A DNA stretch of 64,000 nucleotides, taken from positions 1,318 through 65,317 of the forward strand of contig LLZO01000385.1 in assembly GCA_001567545.1 (NCBI GenBank), read 5' to 3'. This DNA comes from Candidatus Tepidiaquacellales bacterium OLB5 (lineage in GTDB: Bacteria; Bacteroidota; Ignavibacteria; Tepidaquicellales; OLB5). Shown here piece by piece: positions 38,485 through 46,341 of the stretch. Position 1 is the first letter of the stretch. Each line of letters begins with the position of its first letter. A model generated the notes under the pieces. The model was given only the letters and a program-made list of their open reading frames with translations. It was not told the DNA's origin and searched no databases. A program made the translations under genes and the position numbers.

Positions 38485-38511
38485 CCTTGATTTACCTGAT
38501 TTCCTTGATTA
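38485..38511 (+). repeat. 3 x 9-nt tandem repeat (CCTTGATTT ACCTGATTT CCTTGATTA) starting at the first base after the stop codon
   Basis: Read directly from the sequence. Period is exactly 9 nt with core TGATT. Confidence 0.8.
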
Positions 38512-38586
38512 CTATTTTTACAGTCTTAATCTGTTAGTAAATTTTTTTTGAAATTAGTGTTTAAATGAAGCAAAAATTTTATTTCT

Positions 38587-39240
38587 ATGTTACATAAGAG
38601 TACTTTTGATTTTTTAAGAAAGCTTAAAAAAAACAATAACCGTGACTGGTTCCACACAAACAAAAATCTGTATGAAGATGCCAGGTATGATTTTGAAGTT
38701 TTTGTATTTGAATTGATCCAGAAGATTGCTGAGTTCGATGAATCAGTCTCAGGGCTTGAGCCTAAGGATTGTATGTTCAGGATTTATAAAGATGTCAGGT
38801 TTTCTAAAGATAAGACGCCATATAAAACCAATATGGGCGCTTCAATAAATGAAGGCGGCAGAAAAATGCCTAATGCCGGGTATTACGTGCATATTTCTCC
38901 AACAGAAAATTTTATAGCCAGCGGGCTTTATATGCCTCAGCCGGATAAATTACTGCTTGTTAGGAATAAAATTGCAGCAAAGCCAAATGAATTTAACAAA
39001 ATAGTTGAAAATAAGGATTTTAAGAAATATTACGGAAAACTATGGGATGGCGATACTTTAAAAACTGCTCCAAAAGGATTTGATAAAGAACACCCGTTGA
39101 TGAATTACCTTAAAATGAAGAGCTTTATAGCAGACCATCCTGTTACGGAAGAAAAAGCCCTTTCAAAAAATTATACTGATTACTGTGCAAAAATTCTAAA
39201 AGCAATTAAACCGCTGAATGATTTTCTGAATGATATTTGA
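38587..39240 (+). CDS. DUF2461 (TIGR02453) family protein
   Basis: FDFLRKLKKNNNRDWFHTNK..YE, RIYKDVRFSKDKTPYKT, GYYVHISP. Typical family blocks and length. Confidence 0.8.
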   Translation: MLHKSTFDFLRKLKKNNNRDWFHTNKNLYEDARYDFEVFVFELIQKIAEFDESVSGLEPKDCMFRIYKDVRFSKDKTPYKTNMGASINEGGRKMPNAGYYVHISPTENFIASGLYMPQPDKLLLVRNKIAAKPNEFNKIVENKDFKKYYGKLWDGDTLKTAPKGFDKEHPLMNYLKMKSFIADHPVTEEKALSKNYTDYCAKILKAIKPLNDFLNDI

Positions 39241-39251
39241 AAATAATTTTA

Positions 39252-39304
39252 TACTCATCCGTTGACTTAAAGCCTGACTCCTAAAGCAGTTCATCGGATG
39301 AGTA
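39252..39304. repeat. 10-bp perfect inverted repeat (tactcatccg / cggatgagta) enclosing a 33-nt loop
   Basis: Lies between convergent genes. The loop holds a direct-repeat-like ttgacttaaag / ctgactcctaaag. No flanking U-tract. Confidence 0.6.
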
Positions 39305-39310
39305 ATAATA

Positions 39311-39811
39311 CTACATATCAATCTTAATTATTATCTGCTGAATAATTGTTCCCTTATCGTCAAAATCTTTTATTGGTGTATAAGCAGTATTGTTCAGGTG
39401 ATCCTTTATATAACCTACAACAAGTACATCAGACACAGTACCGGAAACAGAAATTTCCTTATCCGGAGAGGTACTCATTAAAAGGGCATCGCCCTTTTGA
39501 GTTGCTATGACAAATATACCGAAGTACCCGGTCTTGTTATCTGATGTGAATACTTCCTTAGATTTCAGGCTGGTTTTATCTTCCTTGCGGTCATAGGCAA
39601 TTGAATCTGTGGTAGTGATTTTTACATTGACCGACGTGCCTATAAGCCCGTTTAATTTTTTATATGCAAGCACTTCCTTTTTGGCAGCTATCTCATCTGA
39701 ATCATATATCTTATACATTTCATCACACAGTTTTTCAAGATCAAGCGAGCCTGAAAATGTTTTTGCTGATATAACAACTAAAACAGCTAATAAAAAAATT
39801 ATAATTTTCAT
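39311..39811 (-). CDS. Hypothetical secreted protein
   Basis: Internal ATG 39811 gives the signal peptide MKIIIFLLAVLVVISAKTFS. The 27 upstream codons of the tracked ORF look non-coding. No family recognised. Confidence 0.5.
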   Translation of the reverse strand: MKIIIFLLAVLVVISAKTFSGSLDLEKLCDEMYKIYDSDEIAAKKEVLAYKKLNGLIGTSVNVKITTTDSIAYDRKEDKTSLKSKEVFTSDNKTGYFGIFVIATQKGDALLMSTSPDKEISVSGTVSDVLVVGYIKDHLNNTAYTPIKDFDDKGTIIQQIIIKIDM

Positions 39812-39957
39812 AGTTAAATTGTTTTTATTGTATAAAATTATATTTTTATATAATTGTTTGAAACAGAAAAAGCGGGTATAATTCAGGGGCAAATATTATC
39901 ACTCAAAACTGTTAGCGTAAATCAATATATTTGCAGACCATAAAATTAAGTACTTAT

Positions 39958-40911
39958 ATGGCTCTGGTAAATTCATCCAAAAGATTAAAGAAAAAGATCG
40001 GAATTGTCGGTTTTCCCATGGATTTAGGCGCTGACAGGCGCGGTGTTGATATGGGACCATCGGCACTGCGGTATGCTCATGTTCAGCAAAAGCTTGAAAG
40101 TATGGGTTATTCTGTTAAGGATTTTGGCGATATTTTTATCGAAGGAGCAGAAACTCAGCGTATTGTAAATCCGAAACTTAAGTATCTGCCTGAAATTGTC
40201 CGTTCTTCCAAAATTCTTGCAAAAAAAGTTGAGACCCTGCTGAACAGGAATTTTTTCCCCCTTATTCTGGGCGGTGACCATGCTACGGGAATTGGCAGCA
40301 TTGCAGGTATTGCAAGTTACTGCCGCAAGAACAAAAAAACACTAGGCGTTATATGGATTGATGCTCATGCTGATATGAACACACCGGATACAACACCCTC
40401 GGGAAATATACACGGAATGCCCCTGGCTGTTTCTCTGGGAATCGGAGAAAAAAGATTAACGCGCATCGGCGGATTTTCTCCCAAAGTTCTGCCTGAAAAT
40501 GCTGCGCTTATCGGTATCCGCGATGTTGACCCGCTTGAAGCGGTTACTGTTAAGAATTACCGGGATAAAGGAATGCAGGTATATACTATGACTGACGTTG
40601 ATAAACAGGGTGTAACAAGGATAATAGCAAGGGTATTAAATGATTTTAAAAATGAGGTTGACCATATCCATATAAGCTTTGATCTTGATGGTGTTGACCC
40701 TGATTATGCAGGCGGTGTTGGTACTCCCGTTGAAGGGGGCTTAACATACCGTGAAGCTTCGGTGATAATGGAAATGGTTGCAGACTGCGGCTGCATGAGC
40801 TCGCTTGAAATGCTTGAAGTGAACCCGATACTTGATACAAAAAATGAAACCAGCGAGCTGGCTGTTGATTTTATTGAATCAGCTTTGGGTAAATCAATTT
40901 TATTTGAATAA
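39958..40911 (+). CDS. rocF: Arginase
   Basis: Ureohydrolase Mn-site blocks GGDHATGIGSIAG, IWIDAHADMNTP, SFDLDGVDP, plus the arginase-type SGNIHGMPLA. ATG 39958 preferred over TTG 39931. Confidence 0.82.
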   Translation: MALVNSSKRLKKKIGIVGFPMDLGADRRGVDMGPSALRYAHVQQKLESMGYSVKDFGDIFIEGAETQRIVNPKLKYLPEIVRSSKILAKKVETLLNRNFFPLILGGDHATGIGSIAGIASYCRKNKKTLGVIWIDAHADMNTPDTTPSGNIHGMPLAVSLGIGEKRLTRIGGFSPKVLPENAALIGIRDVDPLEAVTVKNYRDKGMQVYTMTDVDKQGVTRIIARVLNDFKNEVDHIHISFDLDGVDPDYAGGVGTPVEGGLTYREASVIMEMVADCGCMSSLEMLEVNPILDTKNETSELAVDFIESALGKSILFE

Positions 40912-40948
40912 TTATACTTTCCTGCTTTAAAAAGCGTGAATAATTAAT

Positions 40949-41998
40949 ATGAAAATTACTAAACCATTCCTTTTCGATCTTACACTTAAAGAGCTTACAG
41001 AAATTATGACTTCTATTGGTGAACCCGCTTACCGTGCTAAACAGGTTTATGAAGGTATTTATAAGCAAGCCTCAGCATCGTTAGATAAGATTAACGGGCT
41101 GCCAAAAGAACTGAAAAATAAACTTTCTGAATTATTAAGTTTTTCACACCTTACTCCTCAGCTCGATAAGCTTTCAACTGATAATCATACGCGTAAAATC
41201 CTTTTTAAACTGCCTGACGGAGCGCAGGTGGAAACTGTGCTTATGGGTTATACAACCCGGAGGACTGCATGTATTTCAACCCAGGCAGGCTGTGCGCTTG
41301 GCTGCACTTTCTGCGCAACCGGCCAGGGAGGCCTGCAGAGAAATATTTCATCCGGTGAAATAGTTGAACAGGTTATGTTTTTTGAGCGTGAGCTCCGTAA
41401 AAAAAATGAAAAGCTGACCAATCTTGTTTTTATGGGAATGGGTGAACCGTTTGCAAATTACAGTGAAGTGATGAAAGCAGTAAATACGTTGACAGATCCG
41501 GCTGGATTTAATTTTGGAGCACGCAGAATTACAATAAGTACTGTCGGAATTGTTCCGATGATAGAAAAATTTGCTGCAGAGCAAAGCCAGGTAAACCTGG
41601 CAGTTTCACTTCATGCTGCTACTGATGAGCTAAGACAGACTATGCTTCCTATAAATAAACGGTATCCATTGGATGTTTTAATAAAAGCCTGCCGGGATTA
41701 TATTAATAAAACCCGCAGAAGGATAAGTTTTGAATGGGCATTAATTGATGATATAAACGATACTCCCGGGCAGGCTCATGCTCTGGCAAACCTGCTGCAA
41801 GGGATGCTTGTTCATGTGAACTTTATTCCTCTGAACCCGACACGTGGATATGCAGGTCATGAGTCAAAACAGAAACGAATTGCAAAATTCCGCGAAATTC
41901 TTGATAAAGCGGGAATTCAGAATACATTAAGGATAAGACGGGGGATTGATATTAATGCAGGCTGCGGGCAGTTAAGGCAGGAAGCCGGAACGGATTAA
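40949..41998 (+). CDS. rlmN: 23S rRNA/tRNA (adenine-C2)-methyltransferase, radical SAM
   Basis: YRAKQVYEGIY, the CxxxCxxC cluster site in ISTQAGCALGCTFCATG, GMGEPFANY, ISTVG, SLHA and a C-terminal GCGQL. Confidence 0.9.
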   Translation: MKITKPFLFDLTLKELTEIMTSIGEPAYRAKQVYEGIYKQASASLDKINGLPKELKNKLSELLSFSHLTPQLDKLSTDNHTRKILFKLPDGAQVETVLMGYTTRRTACISTQAGCALGCTFCATGQGGLQRNISSGEIVEQVMFFERELRKKNEKLTNLVFMGMGEPFANYSEVMKAVNTLTDPAGFNFGARRITISTVGIVPMIEKFAAEQSQVNLAVSLHAATDELRQTMLPINKRYPLDVLIKACRDYINKTRRRISFEWALIDDINDTPGQAHALANLLQGMLVHVNFIPLNPTRGYAGHESKQKRIAKFREILDKAGIQNTLRIRRGIDINAGCGQLRQEAGTD

Positions 41999-42212
41999 AT
42001 TATTGTTTTATAATGTTAATTTTGATAATTCACTAATATAAATCATATTTCAAAATGATTTACATTATAGTTTTTACTGACAAAAAGAGCTATTTTTGAA
42101 TATGAATAGCTGCAAATTTTCATTTTTTTACTCTGATAATAACAGATTTAACCCTGCTGAAATTATAATAAATTTTAAAATACAATTATTTAATTATTAA
42201 GGATTAATTTTT

Positions 42213-43880
42213 ATGCCAACAGATAAACGCATTACTGATCTATTGAAGCTTCATAATATGCGGGAAAAAGCCAGGATGGGAGGCGGTGAAAAAAGAATTA
42301 AAGCCCAGCATGCAAAAGGCAAGTACCTTGCAAGAGAACGAATTTATATGCTTTTGGACCCCGGAACATTTGAAGAATACGATGCTTTTGTTACCCACAG
42401 AACACATGATTTTGATATGCAAAAACAGATCTTTCTTGGGGATGGTGTTATAACCGGCTCAGGCAAAATAGATGGACGTCTTGTGTTCGTATTCAGCCAG
42501 GATTTTACCGTCTTCGGAGGCTCTTTAAGCGGTGCTCATGCCGAAAAAATATGCAAGATAATGGATATGGCTGAAAAAATGGGAGCCCCCGTTATTGGTC
42601 TTAACGATTCAGGCGGTGCAAGAATTCAGGAAGGTGTAATTTCATTGGGAGGATATGCAGATATATTCCTGAGAAATGTTTTAATGTCAGGTGTTATTCC
42701 CCAGATCAGCGCTATTATGGGACCATGCGCCGGCGGAGCGGTGTATTCACCTGCAATCACTGATTTTATTTTTATGGTTAAGAACAAAAGCCATATGTTT
42801 GTTACCGGACCCAATGTTGTAAAGACCGTTACCCATGAAGAAGTATCATTCGAAGATCTTGGAGGAGCTAAAACTCATTCAACAAAATCAGGCGTAACGC
42901 ATTTTGCATGTGATGATGAAATGCAGTGCCTTCAGCACATCAGAAAGCTAGTAAGTTATATACCACAGAACTGGCGGGAAAAAACACCTTTGCGCGTATC
43001 AGTCGATGATCCTGAAAGAATAGAGATGGAGCTTAACCATGTGATACCTGAAGATAATACCAGACCCTATGATATGAAAAAGATCATTAACCTTGTGGTT
43101 GACCAGGAAGAAAAACCAAAAACAGAGTTTGATGAAGAAATAGAAAAAGAAAAAAAAGATAAAAAAACAAGATCAGCAAAAGGTCCGGCAGAACTTGTAA
43201 AACCTGGATTTATTTCAAGCTTCTTTGAAACACAGGAATTTTTTGCTCCCAATATTATTACAGGTTTTGCAAGGCTGGATGGTTATTCCGTTGGAGTGAT
43301 TGCAAACCAGCCATCCAAAATGGCGGGAGTGCTTGATGTGGACGCTTCCGTAAAAGGAGCAAGATTCGTAAGGTTCTGTGATGCTTTCAATATTCCGCTT
43401 GTGGTGTTTGAAGATGTTCCGGGATTCATGCCGGGCACTTTCCAGGAATGGCGCGGAATTATTAAACAGGGCGCAAAGCTGCTTTATGCATTTGCAGAAG
43501 CAACAGTTCCCAAGCTTACGGTAATCACCCGCAAAGCTTACGGCGGCGCATATGATGTGATGAACAGCAAGCATATCAGGGCAGATTATAACGTAGCATG
43601 GCCCGGCGCTGAAATTGCCGTGATGGGTTCAGCAGGAGCTGCTGAAATTATTTTTAAAAAGGAAATTGATTCAGCAAAAGACCCCAAGAAAGCATTCGAT
43701 GAAAAGGTTGAGGAATACAAAGAGAAGTTCGCTAATCCGTATGAGGCAGCGAAGTTCGGTTATATTGATGATGTAATTGAACCTTCAGAAACACGCATAA
43801 AGCTGATAAAAGCCCTGAGGATGCTGCAGACAAAACAGCAGTCAAACCCAAAGAAGCGGCACGGTAATATTCCGCTGTAA
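42213..43880 (+). CDS. Acyl-CoA carboxylase carboxyltransferase subunit (propionyl-CoA carboxylase beta / methylmalonyl-CoA carboxyltransferase 12S type) with an internal charged insertion
   Basis: Carboxyl_trans blocks: [67 protein letters not shown]-like [21 protein letters not shown]. About 38 extra K/E-rich residues sit between VVD and SFFE. Confidence 0.85.
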   Translation: MPTDKRITDLLKLHNMREKARMGGGEKRIKAQHAKGKYLARERIYMLLDPGTFEEYDAFVTHRTHDFDMQKQIFLGDGVITGSGKIDGRLVFVFSQDFTVFGGSLSGAHAEKICKIMDMAEKMGAPVIGLNDSGGARIQEGVISLGGYADIFLRNVLMSGVIPQISAIMGPCAGGAVYSPAITDFIFMVKNKSHMFVTGPNVVKTVTHEEVSFEDLGGAKTHSTKSGVTHFACDDEMQCLQHIRKLVSYIPQNWREKTPLRVSVDDPERIEMELNHVIPEDNTRPYDMKKIINLVVDQEEKPKTEFDEEIEKEKKDKKTRSAKGPAELVKPGFISSFFETQEFFAPNIITGFARLDGYSVGVIANQPSKMAGVLDVDASVKGARFVRFCDAFNIPLVVFEDVPGFMPGTFQEWRGIIKQGAKLLYAFAEATVPKLTVITRKAYGGAYDVMNSKHIRADYNVAWPGAEIAVMGSAGAAEIIFKKEIDSAKDPKKAFDEKVEEYKEKFANPYEAAKFGYIDDVIEPSETRIKLIKALRMLQTKQQSNPKKRHGNIPL

Positions 43881-43896
43881 TACAGAAAATGTAATC

Positions 43897-43938
43897 AAAT
43901 CCCCCAAAATATCGGTATTTTGGGGGATTTTTGCTTTT
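43897..43938 (+). terminator. Rho-independent terminator
   Basis: aaatcccccaaaat / attttgggggattt 14-bp stem, loop atcggt, then ttgctttt. Confidence 0.88.
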
Positions 43939-43993
43939 GAATATTAATGCCTTAAAATATGTATTATATTTATACAAATTCCCTGGAGGTTTT

Positions 43994-45301
43994 ATGAATG
44001 CCTTTTTTGGTTTTAATCATTTCTTTAAAAAATTGTTTACTACCCTATTTTTATACAAGATTTTGATATTTGTATTTTTAAATTTTTCCTTATATGGACA
44101 ATGGGTTCCAGTTTACAATCAAATATATACATTTCCCGATGATATTCAATTTATTAATCAGAATACAGGATTCTGTACAGCTGGACTAGGTGCAAAAAAA
44201 AGTACAAATGGAGGTTTGAATTGGAGCTATATGTTTTCTTATGAAAGCGGTGTTTATCCAAGAGCCTTGTATTTTCCAAATCAAAATTTTGGCTGTATAG
44301 TTTGCCAAAGCGGTGTTTACTTAACAACAACTAACAGCGGAACAAATTGGACATTACGTAATCATACAGATTCGATAAATTTAGCAGACGTTAAATTTAT
44401 TAATACTTTTACAGGATGGGCAACCGGTGCACATGCTGCTACGGGCGGTTATACTGATCAACGGATTATTAAAACTACAAATAGCGGACTAAACTGGATT
44501 CCTCAATATTATGATTTTTATTATGATTACTATTCAATCTGTTTTATAAATGACCAAACTGGATTTGTTGGAGGACAAAACGGAAGATTATTAAAAACTA
44601 CTAATAGCGGTATAACCTGGATTTTAAAACAATCTAATACAAGTCAATCAATCAATTCTATATATTTTGTTTCTGATGGGATAGGATGGTTTGGAGATAA
44701 CTATGGAAAAATATTTAAAACAACAAATTATGGAGAAAACTGGACGTTAATATATTCCGGATCAGTAATATATGGGATTGGAGATATTTTTTTTATAAAT
44801 CCTTTAAAAGGATGGGCTGTTGGAACGTATAACAGAATAATATATACATCAAACGGAGGAAATAACTGGATGGTAGAGAATTTAGGTCCATACGATGAAT
44901 ATTTGTCCTCAGTATTTTTTATAAATGATTCTATCGGATGGGCATCTGGATATAGATATATATTAAAAACAACAAATGGGGGCATTCCAGTTGGAATACT
45001 TCAAATTAATGGTACTTTACCAGTAGAATATTCTCTCTCCCAAAACTATCCCAACCCATTCAATCCTCAAACAAAGATAAAGTTTGATATCCCGGCAAAC
45101 GTGAAAGGTCAAACGACAAACGTGAAGCTGGTTATTTATGATCTGCTTGGGCGTGAAGTCACTACACTTGTGAACGAAGAGCTTAAACCCGGCACATACG
45201 AGGCTGATTGGGACGGGTCAAATTTTTCGAGCGGTGTGTATTTTTATAAAATTATTACTGAAGGTTTTGTAGAAACAAAGAAAATGATTTTGATGAAATA
45301 A
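43994..45301 (+). CDS. BNR/Asp-box (Ycf48-like) beta-propeller protein with T9SS C-terminal sorting domain (paralogue of 34076..35332)
   Basis: GGAGG RBS before ATG 43994 (the tracked start 43931 lies inside the upstream terminator). Signal-like N-terminus. Repeats STNGGLNW, TTNSGTNW, TTNSGLNW, TTNSGITW, TTNYGENW, TSNGGNNW. T9SS tail QNYPNPFNPQTKIKF...GVYFYKI...KMILMK. Confidence 0.82.
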   Translation: MNAFFGFNHFFKKLFTTLFLYKILIFVFLNFSLYGQWVPVYNQIYTFPDDIQFINQNTGFCTAGLGAKKSTNGGLNWSYMFSYESGVYPRALYFPNQNFGCIVCQSGVYLTTTNSGTNWTLRNHTDSINLADVKFINTFTGWATGAHAATGGYTDQRIIKTTNSGLNWIPQYYDFYYDYYSICFINDQTGFVGGQNGRLLKTTNSGITWILKQSNTSQSINSIYFVSDGIGWFGDNYGKIFKTTNYGENWTLIYSGSVIYGIGDIFFINPLKGWAVGTYNRIIYTSNGGNNWMVENLGPYDEYLSSVFFINDSIGWASGYRYILKTTNGGIPVGILQINGTLPVEYSLSQNYPNPFNPQTKIKFDIPANVKGQTTNVKLVIYDLLGREVTTLVNEELKPGTYEADWDGSNFSSGVYFYKIITEGFVETKKMILMK

Positions 45302-45312
45302 TTTAGCATTTT

Positions 45313-45348
45313 TCAGATTACTCAGATTCATCAAATTTATCAGATTGA
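45313..45348 (+). repeat. 4 x 9-nt tandem repeat (TCAGATTAC TCAGATTCA TCAAATTTA TCAGATTGA)
   Basis: Read directly. Exact 9-nt phasing. Starts 11 nt after the stop codon of the T9SS cargo gene. Confidence 0.85.
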
Positions 45349-45359
45349 CATGTGTAAAA

Positions 45360-45397
45360 AAACCTGACGGGTTATTGACCTATCAGGTTTTGTTTTT
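45360..45397 (+). terminator. Rho-independent terminator
   Basis: aaacctga / tcaggttt stem with a 15-nt loop, followed by ttttgttttt. Confidence 0.7.
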
Positions 45398-45407
45398 ATA
45401 GAACTCT

Positions 45408-45451
45408 GCGTCTTTGCGTCTTTGCGAGAGATTGCTTCTCTACGCTCGCAA
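45408..45451. repeat. GCGTCTTT x2 tandem repeat merging into an imperfect hairpin (ttgcgag-aga...tct-acg-ctcgcaa)
   Basis: GC-rich island in an AT-rich spacer. It ends 2 nt from the stop codon of the minus-strand YmdB-like gene. No U-tract on either strand. Confidence 0.6.
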
Positions 45452-45453
45452 TA

Positions 45454-46254
45454 TTATTTAAACCCTGGCTCGAAAATTCGTTTTATACCCACTGATTTGC
45501 CTGTTTGCGTATCTATATTTACAACCACAGCGCTTATTTTTACATCAGTTAATGCAACATCAGTTTTGTGCGGCGTTTGATAATAAAATCTCGCAATCGA
45601 GGCTTCCTTGTTCCCGCCTATTACACCGTCAAATGCGCCGGTCATACCAACATCACTGATAAACGCAGTCCCCTGCGGCAATATACGTTCATCAGCAGTC
45701 TGCACATGAGTGTGCGTACCGACAATTGCGCTCACCTTACCATCCATATACCAGCCGAATGCAATTTTCTCAGCAGTTGCTTCACCGTGAAAATCAACAA
45801 ATATCAGGTTAGTATCTTTCTTTACTTTTTCAACTATTTTATTTGCTGTTCTGAAAGGGCAGTTGAGTGTCGAAAGATAAACCCTTCCCATTACATTTAT
45901 TACACACAGATTAAACAATCCGCCTTCAATGGATACCGGATAAAGCTGGTAGCCTCTGCCGTAAACATCATCGTGGTGATTTGCAGGTCTGAGCATTCTT
46001 GCATCATCTTTTAGTATGTTTACTGACTGCAGCTTGCTGAACGTATGGTTGCCGCCTGTCATACAGTGAATACCTGCATCATAAGCCCGTTTTACATCCT
46101 TATCAAGGAAACCCTTGCCGCCGGAAAGATTCTCGCCGTTTGCTATTACAAAATGAATGTGGTGTTTTTCAACAAGCTTTTTCAGGTTATCTTCAACATA
46201 CTTTAACCCGGGCTCGCCTATTATATCGCCTATGAATAATATATTTAAGTTCAA
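45454..46254 (-). CDS. YmdB-like metallophosphoesterase (TIGR00282 family, 2',3'-cyclic-nucleotide phosphodiesterase type)
   Basis: ILFIGDIIGEPG, VIANGENLSGGKG, TGGNHTF, DFHGEATAEK, GTHTHVQTADERIL blocks. TTG start with no visible SD. Confidence 0.82.
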   Translation of the reverse strand: MNLNILFIGDIIGEPGLKYVEDNLKKLVEKHHIHFVIANGENLSGGKGFLDKDVKRAYDAGIHCMTGGNHTFSKLQSVNILKDDARMLRPANHHDDVYGRGYQLYPVSIEGGLFNLCVINVMGRVYLSTLNCPFRTANKIVEKVKKDTNLIFVDFHGEATAEKIAFGWYMDGKVSAIVGTHTHVQTADERILPQGTAFISDVGMTGAFDGVIGGNKEASIARFYYQTPHKTDVALTDVKISAVVVNIDTQTGKSVGIKRIFEPGFK

Positions 46255-46341
46255 TTACGAATTACGAATTAGGAATTATGAATAAATTAATGTAAAAAAT
46301 GAATTTTATTGCTCATTATTAATTGCTCATTGTTCATTGAT
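46254..46341. repeat. Intergenic spacer built almost entirely of short repeats: 4 x 7 nt (ATTACGA ATTACGA ATTAGGA ATTATGA) and ATTGCTCATT x2 at 14-nt spacing
   Basis: Read directly: heptamers at 46254-46281, ATTGCTCATT at 46308-46317 and 46322-46331. On the coding (minus) strand the heptamers read TTCNTAA x4, placing TAA in all three frames. Confidence 0.8.

Noticed and set aside
39812-39892. 27-codon N-terminal extension of the hypothetical secreted protein
   Set aside because: The internal ATG gives a canonical signal peptide, and the upstream part is AT-rich promoter-like sequence.
43931-43993. Tracked upstream start (43931) for the second BNR/T9SS gene
   Set aside because: It begins immediately downstream of the preceding gene's terminator hairpin, inside the trailing T-run. 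ATG 43994 has a GGAGG RBS.
45568-46014. 148-aa plus-strand ORF opposite the YmdB-like gene (similar shadow ORFs at 43215..43574, 46726..47043, 60854..61195)
   Set aside because: All are antisense to genes with strong family motifs, and none has an independent signal.
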